Assembly: GCA_963780225.1 (NCBI GenBank)
Contig: CAWAAX010000006.1
Span: 148,603 to 212,602, forward strand
Reading direction: 5' to 3'
DNA from: an uncultured bacterium
GTDB lineage: Bacteria; Edwardsbacteria; AC1; EtOH8
Length of the DNA stretch: 64,000 bases
Positions 31,189-40,997 of this stretch are shown here, one piece after another (position 1 is the stretch's first letter; the number at the start of each line of letters is the position of its first letter). The notes below the pieces were generated by a model. It was not told the DNA's origin. It searched no databases and saw nothing but the letters and a program-made list of their open reading frames with translations. Position numbers and translations under genes: made by a program.

Positions 31189-31869
31189 ATGATCAAAATG
31201 GAAAACCTGTCCAAAATATATAAAATGGACGGAGTAACGGTGGACGCCCTGAAAGGGGTTTCGCTGAGCATCCAGGCCGGAGAATACGTCTCCATCATGG
31301 GGCCTTCGGGCTCAGGCAAATCCACCCTGATGAACCTGGTGGGCTGTCTGGACACCCCCACCACCGGCAGTTATCATCTGGATGGTCTGCTGGTCTCCGA
31401 AATGGACGACGACCAGCTGGCGGTGGTGCGGAACAAGAAGATAGGCTTCGTTTTCCAGACCTTCAACCTGCTGCCCAGGTCCTCGGCCCTGCATAACGTG
31501 GAACTGCCCATGCAGTATGCCGGGGTTGATTCCGGCGTCAGGCGGGCCAAGGCGGTGGCCTCGCTGGAGTCGGTGGGGCTGGCCCACCGGATAAATCACA
31601 AGCCCACCGAAATGTCTGGCGGCGAGCGCCAGAGGGTGTCCATCGCCCGGGCCCTGGTCAACAATCCCTCGATACTGCTGGCCGACGAGCCCACCGGGAA
31701 CCTGGACAGCAAGACCGGGATCGAGATCATGGCCCTTTTCGACCGGCTGCACCAGGAAGGCAAGACGGTGATATTGGTGACCCACGACCAAAAGGTGGGC
31801 GAACATGCCCGCCGGGCGGTCCGGATATTGGACGGAGAGATCGTTTCCGACCAGACCATAAGAAAATAA
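31189..31869 (+). CDS. MacB/LolD-type ABC ATPase
   Basis: [26 protein letters not shown]. Confidence 0.95.
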   Translation: MIKMENLSKIYKMDGVTVDALKGVSLSIQAGEYVSIMGPSGSGKSTLMNLVGCLDTPTTGSYHLDGLLVSEMDDDQLAVVRNKKIGFVFQTFNLLPRSSALHNVELPMQYAGVDSGVRRAKAVASLESVGLAHRINHKPTEMSGGERQRVSIARALVNNPSILLADEPTGNLDSKTGIEIMALFDRLHQEGKTVILVTHDQKVGEHARRAVRILDGEIVSDQTIRK

Positions 31870-31937
31870 AACTCTTAGCTTTATGCTATCAGCCCTAAGC
31901 TTATAGCCTATAGCTACAGCTTCAAAGGAAAAATATT

Positions 31938-33179
31938 ATGAATATTCTGGAATCGGTCAGACTGGCCTTTGACGCCATCTGGGCCCATAAACTCCGCTCT
32001 GGGCTGACCACCCTGGGAATATTGATCGGCGTCCTGACCGTGATCGGCATGCTGGCCCTGATAGACGGCTTTAATAAGATGATCGCCAAGCAGCTTTCCT
32101 CGCTGGGCACCACCACCCTCTATGTCCAGAAGCAGGGGCTGGTGATGAGCCACGAAGACTGGCTGAATACCAGGGGCCGCAAGAACCTGACCATAGAGGA
32201 CGCCTACGCAGTGAGGGACAACTGTCCCTCGGTGCTGAGGGTGGCGCCTATCCTTGACAACATGTCCAATGTAAAATACGGCAAGCAGGAGGTGCTGGGC
32301 ACCGAGGTCAACGGCACCACCCCCGATTACCAGTTCATCGCCGATTATGAGATCATAGACGGCCGGGCCATGTCCAATGTCGACATGACCCACAGCCGGC
32401 AGGTGGCCATGCTGGGCTCGACCGTGGTGGAAAAATTGTTCGGGCAGCAGGATCCCCTGGGCAAGGAGGTGATCATCAGCGGCAACCGGTTCGAGGTGAT
32501 AGGCCTGCTGGCGAAAAAAGGCTCTTTTCTGGGCAACGACCAGGACAACATGCTGATCATCCCCATATCCACTTATCAGAAGATATTCAGCGGTCAGGTC
32601 CGGGCCCGGGGACCGCGCAGCGGTTCGGTGACCATAGCGGTGCAACCGCTTGATCTTACTCATGTTGAACAGGCCCGGGACGAGGTCACCGAGCTGCTGC
32701 GCCGCCGCCGCAAGGTACCGCCTTCCAAACCAGACGACTTTGGAATCGTCACCGCCGATCAGATAATGGGCATATTCAAGAAGATCACCGCCGGGGTGTT
32801 CGGCCTGATGATCGGAGTTACCTTGCTGTCACTTTTAGTGGGCGGCATCGGAATCATGAACATCATGCTGGTATCGGTCAACGAGCGGATCAAGGAGATC
32901 GGGATCCGCAAGGCCATCGGGGCCCGCAAGAAGGACATCATGCAGCAGTTCATTATTGAAGCGGTGACCCTTTCCCTGGTGGGCGGGATCACCGGGATGA
33001 TCCTGGGGTTCATCCTGGCCTGGCTGGTTTCGATTGTCATCAAACTGCCGGCCACGGTCAGCTGGTGGTCGGTGCTATTAGGCTTCGGCTTCTCGGCCGC
33101 GGTGGGGATATTCTTCGGGTGGTACCCGGCCCAGCGGGCGGCCGAGCTGGATCCGATAGAAGCGCTGAGATACGAATAA
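31938..33179 (+). CDS. MacB-type ABC permease 1
   Basis: RSGLTTLGILIG, VGGIGIMNIM, EIGIRKAIGA, DPIEALRYE. Confidence 0.95.
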   Translation: MNILESVRLAFDAIWAHKLRSGLTTLGILIGVLTVIGMLALIDGFNKMIAKQLSSLGTTTLYVQKQGLVMSHEDWLNTRGRKNLTIEDAYAVRDNCPSVLRVAPILDNMSNVKYGKQEVLGTEVNGTTPDYQFIADYEIIDGRAMSNVDMTHSRQVAMLGSTVVEKLFGQQDPLGKEVIISGNRFEVIGLLAKKGSFLGNDQDNMLIIPISTYQKIFSGQVRARGPRSGSVTIAVQPLDLTHVEQARDEVTELLRRRRKVPPSKPDDFGIVTADQIMGIFKKITAGVFGLMIGVTLLSLLVGGIGIMNIMLVSVNERIKEIGIRKAIGARKKDIMQQFIIEAVTLSLVGGITGMILGFILAWLVSIVIKLPATVSWWSVLLGFGFSAAVGIFFGWYPAQRAAELDPIEALRYE

Positions 33180-33191
33180 GGGACATGTACG

Positions 33192-33227
33192 ATGCAGGAT
33201 GCCTTTTTAAGGCGTCCTGCATTTTTT
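33192..33227 (+). terminator. Terminator-like hairpin between the two permeases
   Basis: ATGCAGGATGCC...GGCGTCCTGCAT followed by a T run. Confidence 0.55.
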
Positions 33228-33240
33228 ACAAGGATGAAAT

Positions 33241-34485
33241 GTGCGCTATTTAGAGGCGATAAAACTGGCCTTTGAAGCCATCAAAACCCACAAACTCCGG
33301 TCGGGCCTGACGACGCTGGGGATACTGATTGGGGTGCTGGCCATAATAGTGATGCTGTCCATGATCGACGGCCTGAACCGGATGGTGACCAAGGAGCTGG
33401 ATTCCATCGGCAGCACCACGCTGTATGTCCAGAGGGAACCCTGGGGTCCCCAGGATGAAGCCGAACAACTCAAGGTCCAGAGGCGAAAGAACATCACCCT
33501 GGCCGACGCCTATGCCATCCGGGATGTTTGCCCTTCGGTGCGCCGGGTGGCCCCCAATCTGCACTTAATGACCACGGTCAGGTGCCGGGGCGAGGAAGCA
33601 ATGGGCGTGCACGTCAACGGCACCACCCCGGACGACCAGTACATCGGAGACTATGAGGTCGAGATCGGCCGCCCCATGAGCTATTTTGACGTGGAGCACA
33701 GGCGCCAGGTCTGTCTGATCGGGCCTACCATAGCCGAAAAGTTGGCTCTGGGACCGGATCCGGTGGGAAGATCCATATCGATACAGGGGAAAAGATTCGA
33801 GGTCATAGCTCTGCTCAAGAAACAGGGGGTGTTCTTGGGGAACGACAAGGACAGTTATGTGGTGATCCCCATCACCACATATATGAGATTCATCTCCGGC
33901 GAGGTCCGGGAGCGCGGAGGTTTCGGCACCTCGGTCCAGGTGGTGGTCCAGCCGGTGGATGCGGATCACGTCGCTTCCGCCCGGGATGAGATCGTCGAGC
34001 TGATGCGCCGCCGCCGCAAGGTAGCGCCCAGCAAACCGGACGACTTCAGCATAAATTCCGCCGACCAGCTGATGGCGGTTTACCGCAGCATCACCGCCGG
34101 AATATTCGGCCTGATGATCGGGGTCACGATACTGTCCCTGCTGGTGGGCGGGATAGGCATCATGAACATAATGATGGTCTCGGTGCAGGAACGCACCCGG
34201 GAGATCGGCATCAGGAAAGCCATCGGAGCCCGCCGCCGGGACATCTTGGGTCAGTTCCTGGTGGAGGCCGTGGTCCTGTCGCTGGTGGGCGGAGTGACCG
34301 GTATGGTCCTGGGGTTCGTCATGGCTTTGATCATTTCGTTGGCCATAAAACTGCCGTCCACAGTCACCTGGTGGTCGGTGCTGCTGGGCTTCGGCTTTTC
34401 GGCCGCGGTGGGCATATTTTTCGGATGGTACCCGGCCAAAAGGGCGGCGGAAATGGACCCGATAGAAGCACTGAGATACGAATAA
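33241..34485 (+). CDS. MacB-type ABC permease 2 (tandem paralogue)
   Basis: Same motifs as permease 1, diverged periplasmic domain. Confidence 0.93.
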   Translation: MRYLEAIKLAFEAIKTHKLRSGLTTLGILIGVLAIIVMLSMIDGLNRMVTKELDSIGSTTLYVQREPWGPQDEAEQLKVQRRKNITLADAYAIRDVCPSVRRVAPNLHLMTTVRCRGEEAMGVHVNGTTPDDQYIGDYEVEIGRPMSYFDVEHRRQVCLIGPTIAEKLALGPDPVGRSISIQGKRFEVIALLKKQGVFLGNDKDSYVVIPITTYMRFISGEVRERGGFGTSVQVVVQPVDADHVASARDEIVELMRRRRKVAPSKPDDFSINSADQLMAVYRSITAGIFGLMIGVTILSLLVGGIGIMNIMMVSVQERTREIGIRKAIGARRRDILGQFLVEAVVLSLVGGVTGMVLGFVMALIISLAIKLPSTVTWWSVLLGFGFSAAVGIFFGWYPAKRAAEMDPIEALRYE

Positions 34486-34512
34486 GGTGTCAATCTTTAC
34501 GAAGATATTTCA

Positions 34513-34664
34513 ATTGCCATGAGCTTTAGCTCGTGGCTGAAGGATCGGAAAAAACCTCTTGGGGTTTCAACCCCAGTTGGTTGATACAATATCTGACTCT
34601 CTCTGGGGCTAAAGCCCATTGGATTAAATGAAATTGCCCACCACGACCTAAAGGTCGTGGCAAT
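34513..34664. mobile_element. REPIN/PATE-like four-palindrome element, copy 1
   Basis: ATTGCCA(C/T)GAGCTTTAGCTCGTGG...GGGGTTT.AACCCC...GGGCTAAAGCCC...CACGACCT.AAGGTCGTGGCAAT, also at 54169-54301. Confidence 0.7.
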
Positions 34665-34801
34665 GCTTGTACTGAGCGACCCGACTGAGTTGATAGGCTG
34701 AGCTGTAGTCGAAGCCTTATCGAAACCTATGTTTAAGTGCGGTTGACCAACGCATCATTTTTCAATGAATGCCTGACCAGGCACCAATATTTTGTCAAAC
34801 G

Positions 34802-34833
34802 AAAAAGCCCCCGGAGCGATCCGGGGGCTTTTT
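34802..34833. terminator. Bidirectional rho-independent terminator
   Basis: AAAAAGCCCCCGGA-GCGA-TCCGGGGGCTTTTT. Confidence 0.85.
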
Positions 34834-34866
34834 ATTATCCCCAAGGTCAGATCAATTACTTTTTGC

Positions 34867-34895
34867 TTGAAATTAACGGGATAAGCGGGTATACT
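34867..34895 (+). promoter_or_regulatory. sigma70-type promoter, probably giving a leaderless transcript
   Basis: TTGAAA-17 bp-TATACT, with 7 nt between it and ATG 34903; no Shine-Dalgarno. Confidence 0.6.
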
Positions 34896-34902
34896 TCAAA
34901 TA

Positions 34903-37900
34903 ATGGAACAAGCCGAAAAACATATGACAGACCTGCACTGGCGTTACCGTGTCCTGGAAAAACTGGGACAGGGCGGCGAAGGAGAAGTATATCTGGCCGA
35001 AGACAAGCTGACCGGGAATTCTGTAGTGGTGAAGTCCTCCGGCCAAAACTCCGGCCATGACCTGAAACAGGAATTCATCCGGCTATACCGGCTGAATCAT
35101 CCCGGCTTGCTTAAGGCCTACGATTTTTACCGCCAGGATGGGCATTCTTTGGCCGCCTTTGAATATTTCCCCGGGGTTACGCTGGACCGCTATGTTCAGC
35201 AGAACCAGCCCGGCAAAAAAGAACTTTGGGATATCTGGGTAAAATTGGCGGCCATTGTGGCTTACCTCCACGGGCGGGAATATATCCACGGTGACATCAA
35301 ACCCGAAAATATCCTGATTGACCGGGAAGGAAAAGTAAAGCTGATAGATCTGGGCCTGGCCCGGAAAACCGGAGATGAGCCCGGCAATGGTTTTTCGGGC
35401 ACCGCCGAATACTCGGCCCCCGAGGTACTTAACGGAGGAACCGGACCCACCCAGAGCTCCGATGTTTACGGCCTGGGCTTGTTGTTTTTTCTGCTGATGG
35501 CCGGGCAGATCCCGGCGGCCAAAGACCGGCTGGAGGAAAATCAAACTTGGTGCCTTAAGCTGAGGGAGACCCTTAACAACAAGCAATCCGAGATTGGAAT
35601 AAGGACTTTGAACTATTGGCCCCAGGAAAGATACCATTCCGCGGTAGAGATGGTTCAGGCCCTGGGGCAGTCCGGTTACGGTTGTTCTTTGGAAAGGCCG
35701 GATGATTTTCGTTTTTCCTGCCAACAGCAGGCTTTGGCCAAAGCCGTGGAGCATTTGCGTCTGGGGAAACCAGGTCTGCTGAATGTTTCCGCCGGACCCG
35801 GGCGGGGGAAGACGGCTTTTTTAAAGGAGCTGAACTTTATTTTTCAGATAGCCGGTTATCCCGCGGCCTATATCAATTTCGAAACGGGAAAAGAGAAGGA
35901 AGCCTGGCCGGACATCCCGGCCGGCGCCGTTTTGCTGGTTGATGATCTAACCGGTGAAAATATCCGGGGCTGGCTAAAAAAACGGAAAGGCCAATCCGTG
36001 GTTGCAGTTGATCCGTCAAACCCGGGGACAGCCAAAACGGACAAAACTATAACCCTGGTAAAATTCCGGAAGCGGGAATATGCCTCGGTGCTATCCGGGT
36101 ATTTGGCCGGGATAAGGACCTGGGAGCTGGAAAACCTGTCCGATTGGCTGTGGCACCAAGCCGGCAGTAACATCAGCTATGCCAGGTCATATCTGGAACA
36201 ATGCCAGATAAGCGCCGCCATCGGGCAAAGGCACGGTCATTGGCAGATAGACTGGCAAAAAATATTTGACGATCAGACCATTCCGGATAAGATCAACGCC
36301 GGCATAGACCGGCGCTGGCAAGAACTTGACGCTAAAGGCCGGGAAACACTGGAGGCCATTTGCCTGGAAGACAGGCCGGGATCCCCGGGGGCGGCTAGTG
36401 CGGCGGTCTTTGAACCGGAGTATTGGCTGGACGGGAACGGCCGGATAGACGGGGATATTTTAAGGGCTTTTATTCTGGAACAGATCAACCGCTCCGGAGC
36501 AAGCGGGGTAAAAGCGCCGGCAGTATTTGAGCCTAAAATGCGAATATCCCTCAATGGCCCGGTGGGCGTTTTGGGACAAGGCCAAAATGCGGCTACAGTG
36601 GCTGGACGAAGGCAAAGGCTTGTTTGAGCAGGCCAAGAGTAACAACGACCTGGAGAAGATGATTTATGTAGGGCGCCAGTTGGTTGACTCCGGCCGGCTG
36701 GACGAAGAGGAACGGGTTCAGATGACCCGGCACTTAGTGGCCCTTTACCATCGGGTAAGCCGGTGGGCTCCGGCCATAGAATTATGGGAAACATTGGCAG
36801 GATCGTTGGCCGGTGATTGGGAATATCATCAGACCTTAGCCAAGCTGTATGCCAATAAGGGCGATTATATCGCGGCGCTGGAAGCATTGGAAGAAGGATC
36901 AAAAACTGTAAAAAATGATGACCAAAGATGCCTGCACCTGGCCGTATAAAGGCTGGGCGCTGGGCCTGCAGGGGAAGATGGAAGAAGGCGCTAACGCCTT
37001 GAACAAAGCTTTGGAAATCGCTCAGACTGGCCGGTGCTCCGGCAACGCTTATTTTGAAATATATAATTCGTGGGCCAGGCATCATCATATCTCAAACGAT
37101 TTTAATCAGGTTATCTATTGGGCCGAAAAAGCTGCCGGGATCGAAGCGCCGGACGCCATGAAAAAGGCCGAATTATATAATTTATTGGGCTACAATTTAT
37201 GGCAGACCGGGAATTTGAGCAAAGCCAAAAATATACTTAGAGCAAAGCATAGGCCTGTTGGATCAGGAAGGGCAGAATAATATTTTATGCTATGTCTTGT
37301 GCAACTTAGGTCATATAAATAGAAGCTTGAAAGATTTTAAAAACGCAATTTCATATTACCAAAGGGCGAACAGTTATTATGATTTAAATTACGGGCTTGA
37401 TTTACAGGCCAACATAACCGGGAATATGGCTTTAATATATGGAAGGCTGGGCCAGATCAATATCGCCAAAGAAAAATATCTGGAAGCATATAAATTTTAT
37501 CATGAAAGCGGTAACGATCAAGGCCGGCTGATAAGCCTGGCCAACGCCGCCTTAAAAGACCAGTTTTTGGGCCAAACGGAATACGCCTTTAAAACGCTTG
37601 CTTATTGTCTGGACGCCGCGTTAAAAAAGGATTTGGATCATGCGGCCAACATCATCCGAAAAGACATTGGCATTGTTTGTATTGAAGACGGCCGGTATGG
37701 CGAAGGGCTGGGTTCCATCAAAAGAGCGATGGCGGCGGCGGAGCAGGGGAATTTGAAAATACCCTGGGATTGCTTTTACTACGGGGCTTTGGCGGCAGGG
37801 CGCCTTAACGATCTGATAACGATGAGCGATTATTTGATCATGGCCAAAAACAAGGCCGGAGACGCAATTGAAAAAGCACAGCTTAAAATGCTGGAAGGAT

Positions 37901-39663
37901 TTTATATGGTTAAAAACGGCGATTTAAAAAACGGCATGAGTTTGGCCGTAGAGGCCGCCGGGGAGATCAAGGACGGGGGCGATCCGGCCGAATCGGCCAA
38001 GGCCTGGCTAAAAACAGGCGAAATGGCGGCAGAGTCCGATGGCTTTACTGATGCGGAAAAACTTATTCCGGGCCTGTTGACGGCCGAAGCCGAGTTCCAA
38101 AAAATGAGAGCGCCGGTTTATCTGGAGCGCACCCGGAAGGCGATCCTGACCGCCGTCCGCAATCTTTTTGCCCCGGGGAATATATTGCCCGGGACTCAAT
38201 TGCTGGAGGGCCTTTATCAGATCGCCGCTTTGCTGGACCCGGACAAGAACCAGGCCGAGCTGGCTCAAAGCTGTCTGGATGTAACGGTAAAACTGCTGAA
38301 GGCCGAAAGGGGCGGCCTGTTTTTGGCCGATGAAAATTCCAAGCTTTTTCTGGCCGCCAAGGTGGACCTGGACCCCGATACCCAGCACGACGCCCTGGAA
38401 TTTTCCTCCAATGCCGTGATGTCGGCGGCCACCGGGGAAACCATGGTGGTCTCCAATGACGCCCAGCTGGATGAGTCCCTTAAATCGCGCTTAAGCGTCA
38501 AGCGCAATGCTATCCGGTCGCTGTTATGCCTGCCCTTAAAATCAAGGGAAGGAACGCTGGGGGCCATTTACCTGGATTCCCGGCTTAAAAGCGGAATATT
38601 CAACGAGGCCCAAAGGGATTTCACCAAAGCCCTGGCCCAGATTTTGGGCGCGGTGATTGAAAGCCATCATTTGCTGGAAGAATTACGGAATAAGAACCTG
38701 GAACAGCAGGGCGCCGGTTCCAAGGCCCTGGCCGGGATGATCGGGAATTCGGCGGCGGTCAAAAACATGATCAAGCGGATCAAAGCCGCCGCGCCCACCG
38801 ATGTAACGGTGCTGTTGGACGGGGAATCGGGCACCGGCAAGGAAATGGCGGCCCAGATAGTGCACCAGCTTTCGAACCGCCGGGGTAAAAAGTTCCTGGC
38901 CTTGGATTGCGGCTCCCTGCCGGAAACGCTGTTGGAATCGGAATTGTTCGGCTATGTTAAAGGGTCGTTTACCGGGGCCAACCGGGACAAGACCGGGCTG
39001 TTTGAGGCGGCCGACGGCGGCACGGTGTTTTTGGACGAGATCGCCAGCGCCAGCTCCGGAGTGCAGGCCAGGCTGTTAAGGGTGATAGAGGCCGGGGAGA
39101 TAAGGCGGGTGGGCGGCGAAACGGTTACTCCGGTGGACGTCCGGATGGTTTGCGCCACCAACAAGGACCTGGAGATTGAGATCAACGAAGGACGGTTCCG
39201 GGAAGACCTGTATTACCGGCTTAAGGTGATCAAGATAGACATCCCGCCGCTCCGGGAAAGGGGAGACGATGTGCTGATTTTGGCCGAATATTTTAAGAAC
39301 AAGTTTCAGAAAAAACATAATAAAGGCAATCTTAAATTTTCGGAAGAAGCCCGGAAGTCCATTGTAGTCCATTCCTGGCCCGGCAATATCCGGGAACTGG
39401 AAAATACCGTTCAAAAAGCGGTGCTTTTGGTGCAGGGCAAGACCATAACCGAAAAGGATCTGGAGATTGAAACCTATTTTCAGGAATCTGCCAAATCTGT
39501 AAAACAGGAGCTAAATTACAGCCAAAAAGAGAAAATAGTTAGAATTTTAGAGGCCACGAAAAATAATTATACCAAAGCGGCAAAAATTTATGGTGTTTCG
39601 GTAAGACACTTTTACCGGTTATTGGATAAATTTGGGATAAAACGTGACATAAATGTCAATTAG
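34903..39663 (+). CDS. Ser/Thr kinase - P-loop NTPase - TPR - GAF - sigma54 AAA+ - HTH fusion (~1585 aa after correcting three +1 frameshifts near 36510, 36944 and 37238)
   Basis: Four overlapping ORFs stepping +1 each time; LGQGGEGEVY, HGDIKPEN, DLG, GTAEYSAPE; GPGRGKT and VLLVDD; TPRs; [42 protein letters not shown]. Confidence 0.8.
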
Positions 39664-39679
39664 CCTGACATTTATGTCA
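39645..39679. promoter_or_regulatory. Tandem palindromic sites, candidate upstream activator sequences
   Basis: TGACATAAATGTCA (39645-58) and its exact reverse complement TGACATTTATGTCA (39666-79), centres 21 bp apart. Confidence 0.7.
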
Positions 39680-39740
39680 TAGTTGGTTAATATATTACAT
39701 AATAACATGTTATATAATATTTCGTATGTAGATATTTGGG

Positions 39741-39767
39741 AAACAGGACATTTATGTCCTGTTTTTT
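39741..39767. promoter_or_regulatory. Third copy of the palindrome, embedded in a terminator-like hairpin
   Basis: AAACAGGACATTTATGTCCTGTTTTTT, core GACATTTATGTC. Confidence 0.6.
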
Positions 39768-39869
39768 GATTTATCTAAAAGACGTCCAGATAAAACATGG
39801 AATCTAACATAGAGCTTAAGGTATTGCATACAAAAGAATTAGCCGATAGACTATCGTTTAATTTTGTCG

Positions 39870-39885
39870 TGGCATGAAAATTGTA
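39870..39885 (+). promoter_or_regulatory. sigma54 (-24/-12) promoter, near consensus
   Basis: TGGCATGAAAATTGTA: GG-N10-GT versus consensus TGGCAC-N5-TTGC. Confidence 0.65.
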
Positions 39886-39930
39886 TATATATAGTAGAGT
39901 AAACATAAATTTTAATCCAAGGAGCTTCCA

Positions 39931-40068
39931 ATGAAAAAGACAGTATTTCTCGTTTTGGCTACTTTCGTGTTACTGAGTGCCATAGTCATTCCGGCGCATT
40001 CGGCCAATAATCCCATAACAATAACCAGCGATGACCCCCTGCCGATGCCCCTGCCCCCGCGATATTAA
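39931..40068 (+). CDS. 45-aa exported propeptide (absent from the ORF track): MKKTVFLVLATFVLLSAIVIPAHSANNPITITSDDPLPMPLPPRY
   Basis: AAGGAG RBS at 39919-24; basic N-region, hydrophobic core, P-A-H-S/A cleavage site; ~21-aa Pro-rich mature tail. Confidence 0.85.
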   Translation: MKKTVFLVLATFVLLSAIVIPAHSANNPITITSDDPLPMPLPPRY

Positions 40069-40113
40069 ATTTGCCAGCTCAATAGCAAATAAAACCATAA
40101 ACATTTTATTTCA

Positions 40114-40311
40114 ATGTACAACAAAATAGACATATACCATTTTATTCTAAATACGGGCCAGGATTTTTACGGAAAGGTCCTGGCCCAGGACGGCCTTAAA
40201 ATGGTCGTCTCCACAGTCAAGGACAGCAAACCGGCCCAGAGGGTGATCATTTACCACCAGGCCATGCTGATGGCCGAACCGGTTAAACTAAGTTTTGCCA
40301 AATCATATTAA
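40114..40311 (+). CDS. Small protein with an Hfq/Sm-like signature
   Basis: FILNTGQDFYGKVLAQD...IIYHQAMLMAEP parallels Hfq IYLVNGIKLQGQIESFD...MVYKHAISTVVP. Confidence 0.5.
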   Translation: MYNKIDIYHFILNTGQDFYGKVLAQDGLKMVVSTVKDSKPAQRVIIYHQAMLMAEPVKLSFAKSY

Positions 40312-40321
40312 TAGACAGCGT

Positions 40322-40510
40322 ATGCATTCTGACAACCAAGCCAATCCGGAAAATAATCTACCGGTCTGCGAGCTAAAGCACAGGGTTAAAATTTCAGATG
40401 GAGGTTTTAAAGGGCCTTATAAATACAAGTGTTGTGACGCCCGTGATTGCTATTGGAAGAAACACGTAGACGGCGATATTTTCTGTCTGTTTGACCGGGA
40501 TCAAAAATGA
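40322..40510 (+). CDS. 62-aa Cys-rich hypothetical protein
   Basis: ATG 40322; five Cys (C..CC..C..C); tightly packed between neighbours. Confidence 0.45.
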   Translation: MHSDNQANPENNLPVCELKHRVKISDGGFKGPYKYKCCDARDCYWKKHVDGDIFCLFDRDQK

Positions 40511-40533
40511 AACTCAAGATTAGGGGGCAATAG

Positions 40534-40785
40534 ATGCATTTTTCGGAAGAGACTCTTAAAAAGGCCTGGGAACGGGCCGGCGGCAAGTGCGAGGGGGCGG
40601 TATTTTCCGGAGGCCGGAAGGAAGTTTGCGGCAAGCCGCTGTTTTGGGAAAAGAAAAACACCATGGTGGAGATCAGGCACCCGGACGGCTGGATAGCCCT
40701 GCCCCGGTTGGTCATCGGCGGCAAGGCCCCGGATCTTCCGGCCAATTGCGAGATACTGTGCCAGGAGTGCCACCGGCAGTATTAG
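40534..40785 (+). CDS. Small HNH-like zinc-binding protein, catalytic His apparently lost
   Basis: AWERAGGKCE...CGK...GG..D..ANCEILCQECH; AGGGGG RBS. Confidence 0.65.
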   Translation: MHFSEETLKKAWERAGGKCEGAVFSGGRKEVCGKPLFWEKKNTMVEIRHPDGWIALPRLVIGGKAPDLPANCEILCQECHRQY

Positions 40786-40835
40786 CAAAACAGAGCCCTA
40801 GTAAAACCGGAATTCAATAAGGAATCCAGGAAAAT

Positions 40836-40997
40836 ATTTATCCGCCTACGCAGAACACCAACCCGATATATCGGGTTGGATGAATGCGATAGAAAAGATG
40901 CTTCGGCGGATGTCGCCGACAACATAAAGCGGATAACACAGCCCACGGCGGGGTAATTTAGGTCTTGGTACCACGGGCTATGCCCGTGGGGCTCCAT
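40836..40997. mobile_element. PATE-like element, copy 2
   Basis: Colinear with 1429-1652; hairpins AACCCGATATATCGGGTT and CCACGGGCTATGCCCGTGG. Confidence 0.65.

Noticed and set aside
36500..37280. Programmed ribosomal frameshifting in the activator gene
   Set aside because: No slippery heptamers or stimulatory structures seen; the same +1 pattern occurs in fabG, so sequence error is more parsimonious
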